A DNA stretch of 41,861 nucleotides from a virus (taxonomy: Duplodnaviria > Caudoviricetes), in IMG/VR virus record IMGVR_UViG_3300032213_001164, positions 1-41,861 of that record; one strand, 5' to 3'. Position 1 is the first letter of the stretch. Each line of letters opens with the position of its first letter. The notes beneath the pieces were generated by a model. That model was not told where the DNA came from. It did no database searches and saw nothing but the letters and a program-made list of their open reading frames with translations. Shown piece after piece: positions 24,641 to 33,176 of the stretch. Made by a program: the position numbers and the translations under genes.

Positions 24641-25290
24641 ATCATTCTCCTTCCAATCGAAACCGATTCGGTTACGGACTCGTCTTCCCACCGTTTTTGG
24701 TTGATGTACGTCATCGGGGCCGGCTCAAACCCCGACAACCACTGCTCAGAGGCCTTCAAACGGGTCACAGAGGCGATGATTTGATCCGCCAAGGGGTCAA
24801 GTGCCAGACGCTTCCACTTCGCCTCACAGGCCGCTTTTCCGACCTTGCGCTTGCTGCTTGGCCATGCTGACCAGAACTCGTTGAAGCGAGTCGCTTGCGA
24901 CGATATCTCTTTATTCTCTTTCTGTATCTTTATCTTCTTAGGGTTCGTGTTCGGTTCCGGTTCGGTTTCCGATTCGGTTTTCTTCGGCCTGCCGCCTCGC
25001 TTGCCGAGGGATCGGTTGGTCTCGACCTGACGTTGGTATTTGCCGATTTCGGCATCACAACGCACGTTCCGATAGCCCTCATCGGTCTTCTCAAAAAATT
25101 CACCCAAAACCGATTCGGTTATGTCAAGGTCAAGGCGGATCTTGCGCGAGACAAGGGCTGTGTCAAGTGGGATTGGGCGCTCGCTGATGTAGTACAAATC
25201 CAGCAGGCGGCGGTAAGCCAAGTCCTCTGCATCGCTCAGATGCGTGGTGTGGGTGATGTAGTCACCAAGGTGGAATTTGTACCAAATCAC
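24637..25290 (-). CDS. Replication initiator-like protein (YdaU/DUF1376-type N-terminus)
   Basis: GTG start WYKFHLGDYITHTTHLS...AYRRLLDLYY; GKRGGRP linker; FNEFWSAWP...KVGK...PMTYINQKRWED C-terminal domain. Confidence 0.8.
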   Translation of the reverse strand: MIWYKFHLGDYITHTTHLSDAEDLAYRRLLDLYYISERPIPLDTALVSRKIRLDLDITESVLGEFFEKTDEGYRNVRCDAEIGKYQRQVETNRSLGKRGGRPKKTESETEPEPNTNPKKIKIQKENKEISSQATRFNEFWSAWPSSKRKVGKAACEAKWKRLALDPLADQIIASVTRLKASEQWLSGFEPAPMTYINQKRWEDESVTESVSIGRRMI

Positions 25291-25496
25291 TTTATTGCTC
25301 CGAACATGTCCGGGCGAAGATCCTTGCGCCTGACCTTGCCGTGGGTGTAACGCTCGATGTCCAAACTGAGCCTGACGCTGGGCACGCGCTGACCGTTGAT
25401 GATCAGCGCCAGCCACGTTCGGCTGATCCCCAGCGCCTTGGCCATCTCAGTCTTGGCCCCCAGCTTCTTGGTTTCAAAAAAATCTTTGAGTGTCAT
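25287..25496 (-). CDS. Cro-like HTH regulator
   Basis: KTEMAKALGISRTWLALIINGQRVPS...DLRPD; AGGAG RBS. Confidence 0.8.
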   Translation of the reverse strand: MTLKDFFETKKLGAKTEMAKALGISRTWLALIINGQRVPSVRLSLDIERYTHGKVRRKDLRPDMFGAIK

Positions 25497-25523
25497 GCAG
25501 ACTCCTGTGGTTGTTGTAACGCC

Positions 25524-25586
25524 ATCATACAACCAAAAAAAAGTTTTGCAAAGGGGGTTGTATCGCCGCGTTAAAGTCGCTACACT
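25524..25586. promoter_or_regulatory. Divergent promoters
   Basis: Minus: TTGCAA (25551-25546)-N16-TATGAT (25529-25524). Plus: TTGTAT (25558-25563)-N17-TACACT (25581-25586). Located at the strand switch. Confidence 0.55.
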
Positions 25587-25615
25587 GCGATTCCCTCAAC
25601 AGCGAAGCAGGTGCC

Positions 25616-25813
25616 ATGAAAAGCGAAAAAGTAATTCCATACACAACCAAAGCCGGCGTGCAGATCGGATGCATGTACCAGCCCAAGAGGCACTACCCGA
25701 TGAGTCGGGACATGGAGCGGCTTCAGGCCAGTCTCTTGTCTGGGTCGCAAAAGCCTGGACTCCTTGACCGCATCGGCAGATACGTCAACAACATCGTGAG
25801 GACTGACGTATGA
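25616..25813 (+). CDS. Hypothetical protein
   Basis: PYTTKAGVQIGCMY; first gene of the plus-strand operon. Confidence 0.55.
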   Translation: MKSEKVIPYTTKAGVQIGCMYQPKRHYPMSRDMERLQASLLSGSQKPGLLDRIGRYVNNIVRTDV

Positions 25814-25956
25814 GCGAACACCACCAAGCCATGCTTGAAAGAATGCAAATGCTCGAGGAGGCCCTCGCAAGGGCCGAGGCGGGTGTTGCTACCAGTGAAG
25901 ACTGGAAAACCATCCGCTATGAATGCGGTCTACCATCAACCGGAGAGAAAAAATGA
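25810..25956 (+). CDS. Hypothetical protein (48 aa)
   Basis: Manual translation MSEHHQAMLERMQMLEEALARAEAG...ECGL; ATGA overlaps at both ends. Confidence 0.55.
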   Translation: MSEHHQAMLERMQMLEEALARAEAGVATSEDWKTIRYECGLPSTGEKK

Positions 25957-26597
25957 GTCTAGTAGCGAAAGACAGCGGCGGCGAAAGCAGCTTTACCCCA
26001 GTACCCCCAGGCATGCACCTCGCACGGTGCTACCGCATCGTTGACTTGGGCACGCAGAAGTCAGAGTGGCAGGGCGAAGTCAAGCACCTGCACAAAGTGA
26101 TGCTTCAGTTCGAGGTTCACGGCGAGGATGAGAACGGAAAGCCTTTGGTCACCAACAAGGGCGAGCCAATGACTATCTCGAAGAACTACACCCTCTCCCT
26201 GGGAGAGAAGGCAGCCTTGCGCAAGGACTTGCAGACTTGGCGCGGCAAGGACTTCACTCCGGACGAGCTTCGCGGCTTTGAACTCAAGAACATCCTCGGT
26301 CATTGGGCAATGCTCTCGGTGGCAAAGTCCGCCGGCAGCAATGGCAAGGAGTACACCAACATCATGACGGTGAACCCAGTGATGGCCGCGGTCAAGAAGG
26401 CTGGTCTGCCTGATGGCTTCAACAAGATCGGACTGTTCTACATCGACAGCCCCGACATGGATATGTTTGAAACCTTCGGCAAGAACCTGAAGGAAAAAAT
26501 CCAGTCAAGCCCTGAGTGGCAGTCGAGGTCGGCATATGCAGCAAAAACAAAGTCAAGCTCCGGGTTTGACGATCTGGCTGACGACGTCCCCTTCTGA
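25953..26597 (+). CDS. Putative single-stranded DNA-binding protein
   Basis: GMHLARCYRIVDLGTQ...; acidic-aromatic C-terminal tail DDLADDVPF typical of SSBs. Confidence 0.65.
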   Translation: MSLVAKDSGGESSFTPVPPGMHLARCYRIVDLGTQKSEWQGEVKHLHKVMLQFEVHGEDENGKPLVTNKGEPMTISKNYTLSLGEKAALRKDLQTWRGKDFTPDELRGFELKNILGHWAMLSVAKSAGSNGKEYTNIMTVNPVMAAVKKAGLPDGFNKIGLFYIDSPDMDMFETFGKNLKEKIQSSPEWQSRSAYAAKTKSSSGFDDLADDVPF

Positions 26598-26598
26598 C

Positions 26599-26955
26599 AT
26601 GAAGATACCAAGCGACGACTTGACAATCGACATGTTCGGTGGCCGACCGTTCACTGGCCTAGAGATCGGTCATGCGATGGCCAAGGTGGCAGCCGATCAC
26701 GCCGGGGAAAGCTGGAAGGAGGTGGCTTTCGAGTCCTTCCTCCAGTTCGCCCGCATGAACCTTGAGTTCACCACAGAGCAAGTTCGTGCAGCGAGTCTGC
26801 ACGTTCCACCGCCCCCTGACTCAAGGGCCTGGGGGCATATTGCGAAGAGAGCCTCGAAAGAGGGAATTGTCAGCGCCGTAGGTCCGGTCAGGGCCGAAAG
26901 CAAATCAGTTCACGGGATGTATGTCACCCTGTGGAGATCCAACGTCAACAAATAG
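26599..26955 (+). CDS. Hypothetical protein (possible winged helix)
   Basis: FTTEQVR...PPDSRAWG...LWRS. Confidence 0.55.
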   Translation: MKIPSDDLTIDMFGGRPFTGLEIGHAMAKVAADHAGESWKEVAFESFLQFARMNLEFTTEQVRAASLHVPPPPDSRAWGHIAKRASKEGIVSAVGPVRAESKSVHGMYVTLWRSNVNK

Positions 26956-26964
26956 GAGAGCGAC

Positions 26965-27210
26965 ATGTTTATTTCCAAGAGCGAAAAAGAGCAACTGCAA
27001 AACGACATCAAGAGCTTGGCCTCACTGGTGCAAGACATCAACGCCGAGGTGATCTACCTTCGTGCCCTCGTCAAGGTCGATAAGACCCCAAAGGAGGTCA
27101 AGAAGGAGCGCAAGAAGGCGGTGTGGTCACCGGAACTGAGAGCAAAGCAATCGGCTCGTATGAAGGCCCGGCACGAGAAGGCTCGCCAGGAAAAGCTTGC
27201 AGCAGCATGA
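26965..27210 (+). CDS. Basic coiled-coil hypothetical protein
   Basis: AGGAG RBS; WSPELRAKQSARMK. Confidence 0.55.
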   Translation: MFISKSEKEQLQNDIKSLASLVQDINAEVIYLRALVKVDKTPKEVKKERKKAVWSPELRAKQSARMKARHEKARQEKLAAA

Positions 27211-27374
27211 ACGAACTCATCCCACTGATCACGGTGGGCTGGGTCGTACTGGCTTGGCTCACCCACGTTGTCACCTGCCTCAAGACAGCTTCCTGGGGCT
27301 TCTTGATCGCAGTGGCTGTGTTCTTCCCCGTCGGGTGCGTTCACGGCACCGGCATATGGTTTGGAGTGTTTTGA
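27207..27374 (+). CDS. Small membrane protein
   Basis: 55 aa with two hydrophobic segments. Confidence 0.55.
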   Translation: MNELIPLITVGWVVLAWLTHVVTCLKTASWGFLIAVAVFFPVGCVHGTGIWFGVF

Positions 27375-28147
27375 TGATCGCAAAAGAACCACGCGCTCAA
27401 GAGGGCGGACACTGGTACACCCGAGACGGTGCGCCGATGTACACGGTCGAGGCGGCCAAGGGCGGAATGAGGAACACAACCCTCAGAGACGCCCGAAAGC
27501 TCAACCTCGTGCCGTCGGTCACCACCATCCTGAACGTGGCCGCCAAGCCCGCTCTGATGCAGTGGCTTCAAAAGCAAGTCCTCCTGGCCGCCCTGACGCT
27601 TCCCCGGCGCAAGGATGAGCCGGAGGACGACTGGATCGACCGGATCATGGATGACAGCAAGGAGCAGGGCCGCGCTGCGGCTGACGCCGGCACTGACATC
27701 CACGCATCGATCCAGGGCTTCTACGATGGCGATCCGAAGTTCAAGCACCACAACCACGTTATGGGCTGCACCAAGGTCATCAACAACCACTTTGGGCTGC
27801 ATGGATGGATCGCAGAGCGTTCGTTTGCCCATGAGATGGGGTTTGGTGGCAAGTGCGACCTCCACGCGCCTGCAAGGCTTGATTTCGAGGGCATCGTGGT
27901 GGACATAAAGACCAAGGACTTCAGCGACCCCGCAAAGGTCGAGGGGTACGACGAAAACCTGATGCAACTGTCGGCCTATCGGGTCGGCCTGGGCATCCCA
28001 AAGGCCCGGTGCGCGAACGTCTTTGTCTCTCGCAGCGTTGAGGGCCTCTCAGTCATGCGTGAGTGGAGCGCGGAAGATCTTGACCGTGGCTGGCTGATGT
28101 TCTGCTCCCTGCTCAAGTTCTGGCAACTCAAGAATCAACACCAGTGA
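27374..28147 (+). CDS. PD-(D/E)XK exonuclease
   Basis: PSVTTIL, GTDIH, E...GGKCD...VVDIKT, QLSAY. Confidence 0.85.
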   Translation: MIAKEPRAQEGGHWYTRDGAPMYTVEAAKGGMRNTTLRDARKLNLVPSVTTILNVAAKPALMQWLQKQVLLAALTLPRRKDEPEDDWIDRIMDDSKEQGRAAADAGTDIHASIQGFYDGDPKFKHHNHVMGCTKVINNHFGLHGWIAERSFAHEMGFGGKCDLHAPARLDFEGIVVDIKTKDFSDPAKVEGYDENLMQLSAYRVGLGIPKARCANVFVSRSVEGLSVMREWSAEDLDRGWLMFCSLLKFWQLKNQHQ

Positions 28148-28154
28148 GGAACCA

Positions 28155-28382
28155 ATGGAAAGCTGTATCACCGAAGAACTGGTCAAGCAGGTCTTCTTCT
28201 ACTCCGACGAGAAGCGCAATGACGCCCTGATCGCCGATGAGGTTGACATCGTGCAGTTCGCTCAGAAGCTCGAGGCGGTCATCAAGCCGATCATCGCAAG
28301 GCAGGAGCACCAGCGGTGCGTCAAGATCGTCAGTCACATGAACCGAGAGGTGGCCTGCGCCTTGGAAAACCAGAGGCCATAA
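28155..28382 (+). CDS. Hypothetical protein
   Basis: GAGGA RBS; last gene of the plus-strand operon. Confidence 0.55.
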   Translation: MESCITEELVKQVFFYSDEKRNDALIADEVDIVQFAQKLEAVIKPIIARQEHQRCVKIVSHMNREVACALENQRP

Positions 28383-28410
28383 AAAAACCCCCTCCCGCGA
28401 TGGGAGGGGG
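28381..28410 (-). terminator. Intrinsic terminator between convergent operons
   Basis: CCCCCTCCC-N5-GGGAGGGGG hairpin followed by a T-tract on the minus strand. Confidence 0.8.
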
Positions 28411-28466
28411 CAATGTGCCGCAGGCAACTGCAAAGCCACGGCAACTCGGGTGGGAGAACACCCGAA

Positions 28467-29993
28467 TCAGGGAGCAACCATCTGCTCTGGATTGTCAGAA
28501 GAGAAGATCCTTCTGCGCAGCTTGTTCAGGATGTCCGGATCTTCGCGGTAGGCCTGGATCGCGCTTGCGCCAAGAGAAAGCGGAACCCCGACAGCGGCCG
28601 TCGCCGGGATCATCGACAGACCCCCGCCTAGTGCGCTTGCGCCACGAAGGCCGATGGTCGTGTAATCTCGCTGCGGCTTGCCGTATTCGTGCGCAGCCTC
28701 CGCTATGTCAAGGCCGGCAGATAGCCCGGCAACAGGAGGCAAGGCGTACCGGGCTCCGGTGGCCACCGCACTGCCAATGGGACGCATCATCCGGCGAAAT
28801 CCCTCGGAAACCCTCTCAAGTGTCGATGGCGCAGGGGGCGCGGTCGAGATGGGGGCGGAAGGCGTCATTGCCCGAGGCCTCACTTCGCCGGGCTGGGAGC
28901 CTTGTGGAAAAAGATTCCTCGGATCATCCAACTCCGATGTCGGCGCCCCAAGCTGGGAAAACGACTGCCTCGGCGCTCTGGTGCTGGTTGGCGTCATCAG
29001 CCCACCATACATCGGGTTTTCAACGAACTGGCCCCCAGGGAAGGCCTGCTGAACCCTGGCCAAGCCCGCGTTCCTTTGCTTGATCAAGTCCCCGGCACCA
29101 CCGGGCTGGTTGCTCATGCTCGTTGCCTGGGCGGCTTCAATCGGGGTGAGACCAAAGGCCGTGCCGTAGTTGAAGTTGGCGCTACCCCGCCCAACCGCCC
29201 TGCCGCCCGGCTCCTGTCCAACAGGGATGGGCTGGCGCATGATGCTCGCTCCAGGCGGGAGCCCTGCGGCGGCGGCCTGACGGGCTGCGGCCTGTTGGGC
29301 GGCTATCCGGGCCTGCTCCCGTGCCGCCTCTTCAAGGCCCGCACGCTGGATCGCGGCGTTGGTACGCGCCCGAGAGACGCCCTGGGCACCAGTGGCCATC
29401 GTTCCAACGGCTGCACCAGCGCCACCAAGGAGAAAACGGTCAGCAGGGTCCGCTCCGGAGTCTGGGCTCGGTTCTGGAGGCGGCGGGACATCCACAAGCT
29501 GGTCATCTTCTACGGGGGCGGCCTGCTCCTGGCCTTGCGGGGCCTGCTGCTCCTGACCCTGTCCAAACGTGCCATAGGAGTCCAGGGAGCGCACATAGTT
29601 GATCACCCTGGGGTCAGGCTCCTTGCCGCTCTTGAGGGCTTCTACGGCCCCTGGACCGCCGTTGTAGTAGACGGCCGCCAGCCTGGGGTCGTTCTCTGTT
29701 GCGGCCAAGGCTCGCTTGAGGTACTGGATGCCGGCCTCAATGTTCTTCTGCGGGTCAGCCAGGGCCTTCTCATCAAAGCCCATCGCTTTCCCGGTGGTGG
29801 GCATCACTTGCATCATGCCGATCTCACCAGACGACCCCCTCGCGGGGTTCAGGTTCAGGCGGCTTTCCTGATAAGCAATGGCGACAGCCAGCCTTGGGTC
29901 AACGCCGGCATTGGCAGCAGCCGTGGCAACAAGCACGGCGTTCTCGCGCTGCTTCTCAGACAGCTTGTCCATCAAGTCCAGAAAGTCCATCAT
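28467..29993 (-). CDS. Virion-associated lytic transglycosylase (SLT domain) ejection protein
   Basis: AIAYQES, GMMQVMP, NIEAGIQYL and YYNGGPG motifs followed by an Ala/Gly/Pro-rich tail. Confidence 0.85.
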   Translation of the reverse strand: MMDFLDLMDKLSEKQRENAVLVATAAANAGVDPRLAVAIAYQESRLNLNPARGSSGEIGMMQVMPTTGKAMGFDEKALADPQKNIEAGIQYLKRALAATENDPRLAAVYYNGGPGAVEALKSGKEPDPRVINYVRSLDSYGTFGQGQEQQAPQGQEQAAPVEDDQLVDVPPPPEPSPDSGADPADRFLLGGAGAAVGTMATGAQGVSRARTNAAIQRAGLEEAAREQARIAAQQAAARQAAAAGLPPGASIMRQPIPVGQEPGGRAVGRGSANFNYGTAFGLTPIEAAQATSMSNQPGGAGDLIKQRNAGLARVQQAFPGGQFVENPMYGGLMTPTSTRAPRQSFSQLGAPTSELDDPRNLFPQGSQPGEVRPRAMTPSAPISTAPPAPSTLERVSEGFRRMMRPIGSAVATGARYALPPVAGLSAGLDIAEAAHEYGKPQRDYTTIGLRGASALGGGLSMIPATAAVGVPLSLGASAIQAYREDPDILNKLRRRIFSSDNPEQMVAP

Positions 29994-32062
29994 GGTCTCC
30001 GGTTCAAAAGTTCGTTGAGCTTGTCTCGAGCCCGGCCAATTCCACCCTGCGGGCCTGCTGCGGGCCTGTTCTGCTGCGACGCGCCGGGAAACATCTTCTC
30101 GCCGGCAGCAATTGATGTCAGCCTCTCAAGATAACTGGAGTACATCGTCTCATATGCCTCGGACCTGAAGAATTCCTTGGGCGTCATCTTCGCATCTTCA
30201 AATGCGTTCGCAACGCGCTTGTCGAACTGGGCCTTCAGGTTCAGGATGTCAGCTTTGACCCGAACAGTTTCTTTTGTGTCCTGTGGACTGATGGTTGCAT
30301 TGCCCAGAATCAACCGCTCGCGCTCAGTGGTAGAGCCCTTCATGGATTGCTCTGCCGCCAAATTCATCTGAGCGGTGTACATCAGAAACGTGCGGAATCT
30401 CGCCTGTTGCGCAGGGTTGAGGTCCGCATTTCTCATGACATCTTCAATTGCCGGGATGCCAATAGAGATGCTTCTCCCACCAATGCCGTCGCGCACGAGC
30501 ATGGCCAGACCGGAGGAAATCTTGTCGTTGTTCAAGATGCCGGTCATCTTTGAGAAGTCCGGAGCATCGGCCATACGGCGCAGCACGTTCGCCGTTGCGG
30601 TGATTTCCCTGGCCTTCTTCGCGTTCTCGGATATCTGGGATCGATTCTCAATCTCGCTTTTGACATCCGCCTCTGCGCGAGCCTTTGCCGTTGCTTGCTC
30701 AATCTCTATCCTGCGATTTTCCGCATCAATGTCTTCTTTTGATCTGAGGCCTGATGTCCTAGCGGAAGCTGCCGGTGGAACGGCAGCAGGGGCCACAGGC
30801 TGAACAATAGGTGCCGCAGACTGAACAGCAGCGGGCGCGGCTTGAGCAACTTGTGCAGGAGCCTCGGGCCGAGCAGCCGCTGCCTGAACGGGCCTCATGC
30901 CATATCTCTGATTCAGTCGCTCAATGGTTTGAGCGGCCTGTTCTCTTGCTTGCGCAATCGCTTCTGGCGGATAGGGCCTTTTTGAGAGTGCGGTGACCGC
31001 GTTTCCTGATGCGATATCAGCGTTGTACCGATAAAATTCAACAGCTTGTCGAATACCCTCTAGGTCATCTGCATTTTTGGTGGGAGGGCTGAACATTCCA
31101 CCCACAAGGTTTGCAGCCTGCGCAGGCGCTGCGCTTGTTGGTGGCGTGACCGGAGCAACGACCGGCGCAGCGATTGGAGGCTGAACAACCGGCGCGGCAG
31201 GCAGACTCGGTTGAGCCGCAGCCTGTGGGGCGGCAGCTTGAGGAGCGACGGGCTGCGGGGCAGCGGGTTGTCCAGACGGCGCAGCAGCGGGCTGCGGTGC
31301 AACGGGCGCACCCTGTTGAGCAGCAGCAGGTGGACTCCGGAAGTTTCTGATCGCCCTTTGAGACGCCTCTCTGAACGCAGGCTCGTTGCCACTTCTGGCG
31401 AGAAAGTCAAGCTCCAGGGCGGTTCCTTCTGGGAGGTTGTAGGTCTTGCCGTCGATCTGAAACGGAACCTCTTTGTACTGACTTGGATAGAACCGACCCT
31501 CTCGGATGTTGAACACCCCGGACTCCCTGGCCTGAATGTTCTCTCTGTCAATTTGCTCGGCCTTCTGCAAGGCCTCCGGAAAGGGAATGCCTTCGGCCAC
31601 GGCAAAAGCAAGATATTGCCTGCCGGTCAATCGTTTTGGATCGGGTGGTGCAATCTGAATACCACGCTGGACACCGGGCGCGGCTTCGCCACTCGCGGTT
31701 GATGCCGGCTCTTGCATATACCTATTGGCCATCGCCTGACGCGATTTCTGCCGCTGCAACTCAAGGCCGCGACCAGCAACATCCAACTCCATCTGAGCGA
31801 TGTCTCTGTTCTCCTTTGCCTGGGCCGTCTGAGCCTCGTTAACATTTTTGGCAACCCGACCAAGAGACTCAAAAAAGTCAGGAGTTCCAGGCGCAAGAAA
31901 CCCCTGCGCGGCAGCAAGCCACACAGGATCAAACATGCGATTCTTGCGGGTATCAAGTGACTGCGTCAGCTTGTTCAGGGCCTCTTGATACCTACGGTTT
32001 GCCTCAACGGCTTCTGGATCATCTCCAGGCAGAAAGCCTATCGTTTGTGCTTTTTGAGTCAT
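29990..32062 (-). CDS. Putative internal virion / DNA ejection protein
   Basis: 690 aa, helical with A/P/Q linkers; position among ejection genes. Confidence 0.55.
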   Translation of the reverse strand: MTQKAQTIGFLPGDDPEAVEANRRYQEALNKLTQSLDTRKNRMFDPVWLAAAQGFLAPGTPDFFESLGRVAKNVNEAQTAQAKENRDIAQMELDVAGRGLELQRQKSRQAMANRYMQEPASTASGEAAPGVQRGIQIAPPDPKRLTGRQYLAFAVAEGIPFPEALQKAEQIDRENIQARESGVFNIREGRFYPSQYKEVPFQIDGKTYNLPEGTALELDFLARSGNEPAFREASQRAIRNFRSPPAAAQQGAPVAPQPAAAPSGQPAAPQPVAPQAAAPQAAAQPSLPAAPVVQPPIAAPVVAPVTPPTSAAPAQAANLVGGMFSPPTKNADDLEGIRQAVEFYRYNADIASGNAVTALSKRPYPPEAIAQAREQAAQTIERLNQRYGMRPVQAAAARPEAPAQVAQAAPAAVQSAAPIVQPVAPAAVPPAASARTSGLRSKEDIDAENRRIEIEQATAKARAEADVKSEIENRSQISENAKKAREITATANVLRRMADAPDFSKMTGILNNDKISSGLAMLVRDGIGGRSISIGIPAIEDVMRNADLNPAQQARFRTFLMYTAQMNLAAEQSMKGSTTERERLILGNATISPQDTKETVRVKADILNLKAQFDKRVANAFEDAKMTPKEFFRSEAYETMYSSYLERLTSIAAGEKMFPGASQQNRPAAGPQGGIGRARDKLNELLNRRP

Positions 32063-32076
32063 GATGCGACCTGTTT

Positions 32077-33174
32077 TTAATCTACGCCTGCAACCGGAAC
32101 ATAAGGCACAAATTCATAAGAGGTATCACCACTGGCCGTCACGATTGGTGAAAATCCAAATGACGCCAGCAATTCGTCATTGCCAGGAGGTATGTAATCA
32201 GGGTTGCTAACCCCTCCACTCACGGTTGGAACACCTCTTGAGTCAAGACTGATGCTCAAGCCGCCGCCAATGTCAAGATAGTTGGACTTGCCACTGAGGA
32301 AACTTGAAAGACCGGGCACCTGTGATGGCAACATGTTGGAAAGAGCGGGAGCAGCGGCGCCAAGCAGAGACAGTATGCCCCCGGCTCGGGCCATGTCGGA
32401 GGTCTGGTAATAGTCTCGAGTCCTCGGGCCGACAAAAGTCTTGGTGGTCTCCAGCGGCACGGTGTATCCGCGCATCAGGTCAGATGCAGCCTTGGCCGTC
32501 TTCATTGGCGCGTCAAGAATGCTCTGCTCGTAGGCCTGACGTTCCGCGCCCGCCTTGGTCAAAGCCCCAGCCCCCGTCAGCGCAAGGTCTTGTTCGGTCT
32601 TCGCAAGATCTCCCTGAGTTCGCGCAGTCAGATTTTGAAGCTGCGCTTCATCCAAAGCGCCCTTCAAAGCCTCGCTGTAGCCCTTCGACAGCGCACCGTA
32701 CTGCTGACCCGTCAAACCGGCCTGGATGTCCGCCATAGACTGCCCAAGGGCGTTGGCATAGCGTTGGCTGCCCAGACCACCAGTGCCGACGAAACCGGCC
32801 TTCATGGTGGGCAGCAGATTCCTCTGGACGTTCTGCTGAGACAGTCGCGCCATCTCATCGACCACGTTGGTCGTGTATGGGTTCATGAGCGCCTGAATCC
32901 GCTCCGGGGTAATGCCCCTGGCCGCCGTGGCAGCGGTCTGCTGCGCAGCACTCAAGCCGGGCCGGTAAGAGGTGGCCGCAGCAGGAAGGGCGGCATAACC
33001 TTGATCTTGCAACGGATCGTAGCCCGCAACGCTTTCGGCCCCAGTACGACTCATTGCCGTTTGACCGGCCTGCTGTAGATTTTCTAACTGCGAGGTGTAG
33101 TAATCCGGCGCGACCTGTTTGTCGGTCGTCGTTTCCGTGACGTTCGGCAGTGGAGAGCCTTGGAAGAATGCCAT
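32077..33174 (-). CDS. Putative DNA transfer / ejection protein
   Basis: A/G/Q-rich, MNPYTTNVVD...GGLGSQR pattern of podovirus pilot-type proteins. Confidence 0.6.
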   Translation of the reverse strand: MAFFQGSPLPNVTETTTDKQVAPDYYTSQLENLQQAGQTAMSRTGAESVAGYDPLQDQGYAALPAAATSYRPGLSAAQQTAATAARGITPERIQALMNPYTTNVVDEMARLSQQNVQRNLLPTMKAGFVGTGGLGSQRYANALGQSMADIQAGLTGQQYGALSKGYSEALKGALDEAQLQNLTARTQGDLAKTEQDLALTGAGALTKAGAERQAYEQSILDAPMKTAKAASDLMRGYTVPLETTKTFVGPRTRDYYQTSDMARAGGILSLLGAAAPALSNMLPSQVPGLSSFLSGKSNYLDIGGGLSISLDSRGVPTVSGGVSNPDYIPPGNDELLASFGFSPIVTASGDTSYEFVPYVPVAGVD

Positions 33175-33176
33175 GT

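Noticed and set aside
27374-28147. Cas4 / CRISPR adaptation gene
   Set aside because: Lacks the C-terminal Cys cluster of Cas4 and sits with an SSB-like gene, as expected for a recombination exonuclease.
31120-31330. GCA/GCG-rich quasi-repeats
   Set aside because: Ala/Pro/Gln low-complexity linker in a coding region.
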